From IMG/VR virus record IMGVR_UViG_3300050514_000079: a DNA stretch of 47,377 bases. The stretch is one strand, 5' to 3'. The translations under genes were made by a program, and so were the position numbers. A model generated the notes under the pieces. The model made no database searches, had not been told where the DNA came from, and worked only from the letters and a program-made list of their open reading frames with translations. This document shows positions 41,652-47,377 of the stretch, one piece after another. The DNA comes from a virus. The stretch's first letter is position 1. Every line of letters starts with the position of its first letter.

Positions 41652-42121
41652 CGAAGAATCTCCCTCGCAGCACGCAGGGCAGCAGTAAAACGGGCACCCG
41701 AATCAGCGCACGGCTTATCACTACATAGGAACTCATCCAGCAAGGTAATAAAGTCCTCGAAATCAGGGTGACTCAGCCGTTCGATCCTCTTGTCGCGCTC
41801 ACGCACTGCTGCCTCGGCGTCCTCGGCTCGCGTCAAAGCCGCAGCGGTCGCAGCCACGGCGTCGTGCATGCCGTCATGAATGTCTTTGGCGTGCTGCGCG
41901 GCGATGGCTGCCATCGCAATCAGCTTACTCGGCGCTGTTGACGGCGGCTGCGTCATTGCTGTAGCGCGCAAAAGGTATGCGATTGCTTTGTCACGTTCGC
42001 TGTCGCGCTCGCGGATGGTGGCATGCCACCGAGCGTAGTGGCATTGCGTTCCGCAGATTTCGTGCTCTTTGCTGTGGAAGGCAATCTCTTCATTCGTGAA
42101 CGGCTTCGCCTCGTCAGCCAT
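41648..42121 (-). CDS. Hypothetical helical protein (157 aa)
   Basis: ORF with ATGA coupling to the downstream gene. Confidence 0.55.
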   Translation of the reverse strand: MADEAKPFTNEEIAFHSKEHEICGTQCHYARWHATIRERDSERDKAIAYLLRATAMTQPPSTAPSKLIAMAAIAAQHAKDIHDGMHDAVAATAAALTRAEDAEAAVRERDKRIERLSHPDFEDFITLLDEFLCSDKPCADSGARFTAALRAAREILR

Positions 42122-42169
42122 TGGAGGGCTCCTCGGCTTCGACGAAACACTGCGGGCAGCTATGCGACA

Positions 42170-43516
42170 TCACGGCTCCTCCACCGTCACGCTCTTCGCG
42201 AGCACAACCGTCCGCCCTTCGACCGTCACCGTCACCTGTACGTTGTACGTACCTGCGCGCTCGTAGCGGTGTGTCGTCGTCGTGTCAGTCGTCGCATCCG
42301 TTCTGTTGTCGCCGAAGTTCCACGCGAACGATCGCCCAGCAGTGCTGCAATCGCCAAAGCGGAAGTTGATGACGTTGAATCTCACAACTTCGCCGACGTC
42401 GCATGGCTCGGCGTTACGCGACGAGCAGTCCGATCCGCTGAAGAAGAGATCCGGGCTCATAGGGACGAACGGCGGACATCCGCTCGTCGGCTGCGCCGGA
42501 GGCTGGGTAGGCGGCTGGACCGGGGGCTGAACGGGAGGCTGAACCGGTGGCTGCGTCGGACACACGGGGCAGGGCTGGCACGTCGGACACGGCGGCGCAT
42601 CAGGACACGGCTGCGGCGGCTGGACGGGCGGTTGAACAGGCGGTTGAGCTGGTGGCTGCGGTCCTTCTCCCACGACCCGCACGGGCGCCTGCACGTCCAC
42701 CTGCTGCCCGGTCTGCGCGTTTCGAATGCGCACGGTTGCCGTGTAGCTCCCCGCCGCGTACGCGTGCGAGGCGGCCTGCCCTTGCGCCGTACCGCCATCG
42801 CCGAAGAACCACTGAAAGGTGTGGTTCGCGCAGCCGAAATCGTAGCCGAAGCCGTTGTTGGCGCGGAAGCCGATCGTGACGCCAGCGTTGCACATGCCGC
42901 CGAGGAACGAGCAGGCGCTGTCGGTGGACTGGTAGAAGATGAAGACGTTGCCAGCGGCGGGGTTCATCGTGCCGCAGCCCTGCGGTTGCGGGGGCTGAGC
43001 GGGAGGCTGCGTCGGAGGTTGTGTTGGCGGTTGAGCGGGAGGCTGAGTCGGCGGCTGTGCAGGTGGCTGCGTCGGCTGCGGACCCGGCGTGCCGTCGAGC
43101 TGGTATACGTCGCCCAAGCCGAACGCCGTGACGACGAGATAGGTGCCGAGCGGGCCGCGGATGACCGCTGAGTCGTGCAGCTGCCCGAACAGGCCAGCGC
43201 CGACGTAGCCGTCTCGCCCCGTCGTGTTCTGCACGTAGTAATTCTTGAAGTAGAAGCCGCGGAAGCCAGGCTTGGCTGGCAGGCTCAGATCGACTTCGGT
43301 GATGGCCTGACCGAATGCGGTTGCAGCGAGAAGGAGGAGTCCCGCTAGAATCGCGAGCCTCCTGCCGATAGCGATCAAGAATCTACGCCAGCGAGGCGGG
43401 TTGCCGCCGTGATGACGCCAACACGGCTCCGGGATGCAGCATCGCACCAACTCGATAGAGCCACCGCTGTCCTGCGGAGCACTAACCACTTCCATGCACA
43501 GAGTCGGCTTAGACAT
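42170..43516 (-). CDS. Membrane-anchored/exported protein with two PKD-like domains and PxQPP-repeat linkers
   Basis: TM/signal segment RRLAILAGLLLLAATAFGQA. F.W.FGDG...H.Y..G.Y.V motif twice. Linkers PTQPPAQPPTQPP... at 42980..43090 and 42482..42664. Confidence 0.65.
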   Translation of the reverse strand: MSKPTLCMEVVSAPQDSGGSIELVRCCIPEPCWRHHGGNPPRWRRFLIAIGRRLAILAGLLLLAATAFGQAITEVDLSLPAKPGFRGFYFKNYYVQNTTGRDGYVGAGLFGQLHDSAVIRGPLGTYLVVTAFGLGDVYQLDGTPGPQPTQPPAQPPTQPPAQPPTQPPTQPPAQPPQPQGCGTMNPAAGNVFIFYQSTDSACSFLGGMCNAGVTIGFRANNGFGYDFGCANHTFQWFFGDGGTAQGQAASHAYAAGSYTATVRIRNAQTGQQVDVQAPVRVVGEGPQPPAQPPVQPPVQPPQPCPDAPPCPTCQPCPVCPTQPPVQPPVQPPVQPPTQPPAQPTSGCPPFVPMSPDLFFSGSDCSSRNAEPCDVGEVVRFNVINFRFGDCSTAGRSFAWNFGDNRTDATTDTTTTHRYERAGTYNVQVTVTVEGRTVVLAKSVTVEEP

Positions 43517-44015
43517 TGGCTGCCCTCTTGATCCGTTCCAGTGCTTCCTCTGTCACCCGGTTCGAATGTACGACGAAGTCGCGATCAGTACTGATCAATT
43601 CGACTGCGTCACGGATCAGCGTCAGCCGTTTAAGAAACTCGTCGTCGAAGTCGGACGGCATCCGTTCCGGCATCTGTTCCCGTTCACTGATCTGATTGAA
43701 CGTGTCGCGCACACACTCCCATGTATCGAGATCGAAGCGCTGTGCGAGCAGATCAAGATAGGCGAACACGTCCCCAACCTCTTTCTTAATCGCCTTCACC
43801 GCAGCGGCAACATCCGCCGGCTGTGGTGTGTCGCCGTCATGCCCCTGAAGGCGATCCTCGACGCGGCGGAACTTCTTTACTGCGTTACAAAGTTCACCGA
43901 CTTCGCCTGCAAGTGCCGTCGCCCAGTCTGTAACGCTCCACTCGTCAAGGCCGCCGCGGTGCCAACGCATCGCGCGCGCGAGATTGATCCTGCCGTACCC
44001 TCGAAATGTGTTCAT
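43509..44015 (-). CDS. mazG: MazG-like nucleoside-triphosphate pyrophosphohydrolase
   Basis: EWSVTDWATALAGEVGELCNAVKKFRR and EVGDVFAYLDLLA match the MazG EExxE / ExxD helices. Confidence 0.7.
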   Translation of the reverse strand: MNTFRGYGRINLARAMRWHRGGLDEWSVTDWATALAGEVGELCNAVKKFRRVEDRLQGHDGDTPQPADVAAAVKAIKKEVGDVFAYLDLLAQRFDLDTWECVRDTFNQISEREQMPERMPSDFDDEFLKRLTLIRDAVELISTDRDFVVHSNRVTEEALERIKRAANV

Positions 44016-45148
44016 CGCGCCACCTTGAACAACCGCAGTTCGTAACTCCCGTCCGTGATACCGGCTTGCGTCAAGTACCCGCCACCGTATCGCAGGCTCT
44101 CCGTCGCCAGCGTTGCGCGCCCGGTCTGCAACTCGCTCGTCTTCACGTACCCGCTCCCGCTCGGCGCGTACGAGGAGATCACCAGCCCGCTCGACGCATC
44201 CATTGCACTGAAAAAATTCACCCCATCGCTTGCCACGCCGCGGATCATCGCGGCCGGATCGCTGCGCGTGAACAGCGGTTGCCCGCCCGACACGAGCGCA
44301 TCGGTCGTGTAAATCTCAAGCCTTCCGTCAACCGTCGCAATCGCCACGCGCGTCGCGTCGGCGTTCTTGGCGAATCGATACATCGACCGTTGCACGTTCC
44401 CGCGCTTCACTGGATTCGCCCTGTCCGTCATGTCGTACACGTTGAGTGTCGAGCCGGTCACATCGCTGATGACCGCATAATACCGACCATCCGACCCTTT
44501 GAGCGCAGCAACCGCATTCGGGATTACGGCGTCGGCAGTCGGCGGCGCTTGCCATACGAACTGCATCAGCGCACCTTCGCGGCGTCGATCATCTCGGACG
44601 ATGCCCCAGCGGTAGACTTTGGTGGCAAGGTAGACGAATCCTTGGTCGTCCACGTCGAGGCCGAATAGCCGCGTTTGACCATCACCGCCCGACGACACGT
44701 CCCATCCCGAGCCCTGCAACTCGGCGTAGTACCAGCTATCGAACGGCAGCGCTACGTCCGGCACAGGCCGCCCGCCCGATCCCTGCCCCGGCTGCAACCG
44801 CTCACCAGCCGCGACTCGCGCGAAAAAGCTGTCGAGGTTCCATGCCATGACCGAGCTCCCGATCTGCATGTAGATGCGGTTCAGGTCCGGCCGCGGGATG
44901 ACCGACACGGCACGCATGGATCTCACGGGCTGCTGAAAGTCGTTCGTTGCGGAGCTATCGAGGAAACGCCCGAGGTACGTGCCGAGCGCTGGAGGGAAGC
45001 CGGGGGTCATTTGGCCGTTAGCTCTACCTGCGCAGCCCGCGCATTTCACGTCGATATTAGCAGTCTTGGCCGGCTGCGCCCAGTACTGAGCCTCCACCGT
45101 AGCCGTGACAAGAAGACAAGCAAGAACAATACGCTTCACTAGGCGCAT
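44012..45148 (-). CDS. Secreted beta-propeller-like protein (LVIVD-like repeats)
   Basis: Signal peptide [21 protein letters not shown]. Repeated strand patterns, e.g. STLNVYDMTDRANPVKRG. Confidence 0.45.
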   Translation of the reverse strand: MRLVKRIVLACLLVTATVEAQYWAQPAKTANIDVKCAGCAGRANGQMTPGFPPALGTYLGRFLDSSATNDFQQPVRSMRAVSVIPRPDLNRIYMQIGSSVMAWNLDSFFARVAAGERLQPGQGSGGRPVPDVALPFDSWYYAELQGSGWDVSSGGDGQTRLFGLDVDDQGFVYLATKVYRWGIVRDDRRREGALMQFVWQAPPTADAVIPNAVAALKGSDGRYYAVISDVTGSTLNVYDMTDRANPVKRGNVQRSMYRFAKNADATRVAIATVDGRLEIYTTDALVSGGQPLFTRSDPAAMIRGVASDGVNFFSAMDASSGLVISSYAPSGSGYVKTSELQTGRATLATESLRYGGGYLTQAGITDGSYELRLFKVAR

Positions 45149-45672
45149 CAGCTTCTCCGTCGATGAGGGCGTTTTCGCTCGCTGAAAGTTGTCAGCGAAC
45201 GAGCATCGCCATTCTGTAATTTGAACTCTGTCGCGGCACGCGACGCCTCCTCGGCGGTATCAAAGATTCCGAGGCGATAGACTTTGTTGTTGAATCCTAC
45301 CTGCGCTCTGTAGCCGCGGCCGTGCCTCACAACTCCATAGGGAACTCCCAGCTTGCTGCTCGTGCCTCGGCACTTCAGTGCCATATCGCGAGAGTTGTCT
45401 CTCACAGTGCCGAGGAATAAGTGCCGTACGTTGACACACGCTCGGTTGTCACAACGGTGAAGTACGCAGACATCATTCGGCAACTCTAGGCCGGCGAGTA
45501 ACCATGCAGCGCGATGCGCCTTCAGGATTTTGCCGCTCACAAAGAACGTTCCATACCCCCGCGAGATTGTGGCGCCAATCCAGAGCAGGCACCCACTCAT
45601 CGGCTCGGGTGTTGTCTTTTCTTCGAAGCGGCGCCGCAGATCGTCGGTGATGTTCATCGGCGACTTCCTCAT
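45148..45672 (-). CDS. HNH endonuclease fused to an AP2-like DNA-binding domain
   Basis: [14 protein letters not shown]...AHRAAW...[22 protein letters not shown] (HNH), then [23 protein letters not shown] (AP2). Confidence 0.8.
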   Translation of the reverse strand: MRKSPMNITDDLRRRFEEKTTPEPMSGCLLWIGATISRGYGTFFVSGKILKAHRAAWLLAGLELPNDVCVLHRCDNRACVNVRHLFLGTVRDNSRDMALKCRGTSSKLGVPYGVVRHGRGYRAQVGFNNKVYRLGIFDTAEEASRAATEFKLQNGDARSLTTFSERKRPHRRRS

Positions 45673-45869
45673 ACGTTGGCTGCCGGACGCTTGTCGCCGC
45701 CCTTCTGCGCTCGAACGTCGTAATCGGTCAATTCCATCTGCGACATGTCGATCAGGCTTTCCGCCTGAAGTGCTGCGTCCCGCTCCCAGTCAGGGCCGTG
45801 ACCGTCAGGCAATTCGAGGATGACAGACGTTTCATAGGTCAATCTCACGACGTACCGCATACCCATCAT
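45669..45869 (-). CDS. Hypothetical protein (66 aa)
   Basis: ATGA coupling at both ends. The long track ORF 45669..46394 is otherwise junk. Confidence 0.5.
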   Translation of the reverse strand: MMGMRYVVRLTYETSVILELPDGHGPDWERDAALQAESLIDMSQMELTDYDVRAQKGGDKRPAANV

Positions 45870-46102
45870 CCCTCCGATTGCCCGCGCAGTTCCCTTAACA
45901 TGCGCCGAAGCATGCGTTCCGCACAACGCATCGCCAGTTGTTCGCCGCTCGGACCATTGCCTCCGCGCGTGATTGAACGTCGCGTGCTCTTGTGAATATG
46001 TGGACACGCCTCGACTACCGTCCCACTCTCTCTGTCGCGAACATAACCGCGGTAATGATATCCGGCTCCAGTAAACTGACGGCAATGCGCGAAGAGTTTC
46101 AT
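45866..46102 (-). CDS. Hypothetical protein (78 aa)
   Basis: ATGA coupling at both ends. Confidence 0.55.
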   Translation of the reverse strand: MKLFAHCRQFTGAGYHYRGYVRDRESGTVVEACPHIHKSTRRSITRGGNGPSGEQLAMRCAERMLRRMLRELRGQSEG

Positions 46103-46521
46103 CCCCGCACCTCGGCGTCGAGAGCAGCGATTTGGCCCAACGCCTCGTCGCGGCCGCAGTCACATCTATAACTCGGCTTCTCCCAAAACGCACAGGCACG
46201 CATATGGCAGATGTGCTGATTAGCGATCTCTCGCAGCCTGTCGTACGCCGCAGCCTTGCGGGTATCGGCTTGCTTGCCGCGTGCGTTCCACCCGCCCTTA
46301 AATGCTTCGTCGACACACTCGGCGGAATGGTTCGCCGGCGAGATACTGCAATCATCACCAAAGTGATCGGCGAACCACCATTTATCAATAGCATCGTTCA
46401 ACGCTTCGCGTGCGTCGCACTCCGGCGTGTGCGGTTTTCCGAACTGGCACGGCTGACAGCAAACGTTCAGTTGCTCACCTACCACCCTTCCGCATTCGTT
46501 GACGCAGAGTTGAGTCGGCAT
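46099..46521 (-). CDS. Cys-rich hypothetical protein (140 aa)
   Basis: ORF with multiple CxxC-like pairs. Confidence 0.55.
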   Translation of the reverse strand: MPTQLCVNECGRVVGEQLNVCCQPCQFGKPHTPECDAREALNDAIDKWWFADHFGDDCSISPANHSAECVDEAFKGGWNARGKQADTRKAAAYDRLREIANQHICHMRACAFWEKPSYRCDCGRDEALGQIAALDAEVRG

Positions 46522-46529
46522 TTCGCTCC

Positions 46530-46925
46530 TCAGAAGGGCACCTCGTCGTCGGGGATTTCGACGCGAACGCCGAAGCCGTGCTTGGTGCAGATTGATTTAC
46601 CTCCAGCGCGCATCTCGCAACAGAGTTCACGCGTAGCGAACGGGCAGACCGATTCTTGAGCCATAGCTTCGAAATCGCGCCAGTTGTTGAAGAATGTCTT
46701 CAGGTTTAGCGGTTGCCGCCAACTCTGATCAGGACGCGCTAGAAACGCAAGGTAGTTCCGTTTTGCTGACTGAATGCGCTTCGGGGCGTCCTCGCCAAGT
46801 TCCAGCCGATCAGCGAGGTAATACTTCAACGCCTGCTCGCGACCAAACTGATTCGGATAGCCAGCCCGCACCTCGTCGAATTCGGCCTCGTAATCGAGCG
46901 GCGGCGTGGCGAAGAGCGAATCCAT
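46530..46925 (-). CDS. Replisome-organiser-like protein with an SSB-type acidic C-terminal tip (131 aa)
   Basis: N-terminal AEFDEVRAGYPNQFGREQALKYY resembles the F..FW..YP.K.GK..A motif of phage replication organisers. The C-terminus ends in PDDEVPF. This is the full-length copy of pseudogene 1182..1421. Confidence 0.55.
   Translation of the reverse strand: MDSLFATPPLDYEAEFDEVRAGYPNQFGREQALKYYLADRLELGEDAPKRIQSAKRNYLAFLARPDQSWRQPLNLKTFFNNWRDFEAMAQESVCPFATRELCCEMRAGGKSICTKHGFGVRVEIPDDEVPF
46798..46892. repeat. 95-bp perfect direct repeat, copy b
   Basis: Identical to 1264..1358. Confidence 0.95.
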
Positions 46926-46929
46926 GGCC

Positions 46930-47377
46930 TTACGCGGCAACTTTGATTTCGCCGATGATCTCACGTCGCAACGCTCCGTATTTCTCACCATCCGTGACGT
47001 AAGGGCCGTACAGCGCGACAACCCATACCCTCTCCCACCGCCAGTTATCAGGCTTCATAGTCGCGTGCAACGTGCCACGCGAACAGAGTTGGAGGGGCCC
47101 TTCCGACACGAGCGTGCGGCCCGGTCGCGCTGGCTCAATGTCTCTACTGCCGCCATTAATCGGCAAACCATTTCCATCTGAGCACCAAAACGCAATCACT
47201 GATGCCGACTCTTCGGCTGCCGCGATTCGCGCTCGGTCGTGTTTGTCCTGCATCCATACTGAGCGAGCGACGGCGTACTTCTGACGCCAATTGGAGCCGT
47301 AGCCGGAGCCGGAGCCGTCGCCGTAGCCGTAGCCGGAGCCGGAGCCGGAGCCGTCGCCGTAGCCGTAGCCGGAGCCG
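46930..47377 (-). CDS. C-terminal part of the junction-spanning Gly/Tyr-repeat protein (47251..47377 duplicates 1..127)
   Basis: Frame is open from the window end to TAA at 46930..46932. The track lists only the part from the internal ATG (46930..47253). C-terminal domain ...LCSRGTLHATMKPDNWRWERVWVVALYGPY... Confidence 0.7.
   Translation of the reverse strand, partial: GSGYGYGDGSGSGSGYGYGDGSGSGYGSNWRQKYAVARSVWMQDKHDRARIAAAEESASVIAFWCSDGNGLPINGGSRDIEPARPGRTLVSEGPLQLCSRGTLHATMKPDNWRWERVWVVALYGPYVTDGEKYGALRREIIGEIKVAA
47251..47377. repeat. Terminal direct repeat, right copy (identical to 1..127)
   Basis: Same 127-nt string as 1..127. Confidence 0.97.

Overview
The window is a complete, circularly closed genome of a GC-rich tailed dsDNA phage. 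Bases 1..127 are identical to 47251..47377, so the unique length is 47,250 bp and one minus-strand gene is split by the window edge. There are three blocks. (1) A long leftward arm (7394->1, continuing through the junction 47250->36503) carries early, recombination and accessory genes: RuvC-like resolvase, Sak4/AAA_24-like ATPase, PD-(D/E)XK nuclease, two HNH homing-type endonucleases, a MazG-like pyrophosphatase, and a cluster of exported proteins that includes a c-type cytochrome. (2) A mixed-strand regulatory/accessory segment (7565..13024) holds an XRE-type regulator, an HNH, a SLOG/DUF2493-like protein, a SEC-C protein, and a GroES-like plus SprT-like operon. (3) A rightward late arm (13081..36618) runs small and large terminase, portal, scaffold, decoration-like proteins, major capsid, fibre-like and adaptor/nozzle-like proteins, four large internal/ejection-type proteins, and small membrane proteins. 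The order looks podovirus-like: I saw no tape measure, sheath or tube. Genes are packed very tightly, with many ATGA/GTGA/TGATG start-stop overlaps and many GTG/TTG starts. I recognised no tRNA, rRNA, CRISPR array, integrase, DNA or RNA polymerase, or classical endolysin. The features that gene calls do not explain are these. Two ORF-free, stem-rich islands (760..1181 and 10652..11171) have G-quadruplex-type tracts. Two pairs of perfect 83-bp and 95-bp direct repeats are interleaved, duplicate the ends of two genes, and bracket a ~1.6-kb island. A Gly-Tyr/Asp/Ser hexanucleotide repeat lies in the junction-spanning gene. The portal has an overprinted Pro/Gly-rich tail. All functional calls rest on motifs read by eye in the translated ORFs; no database search was possible.
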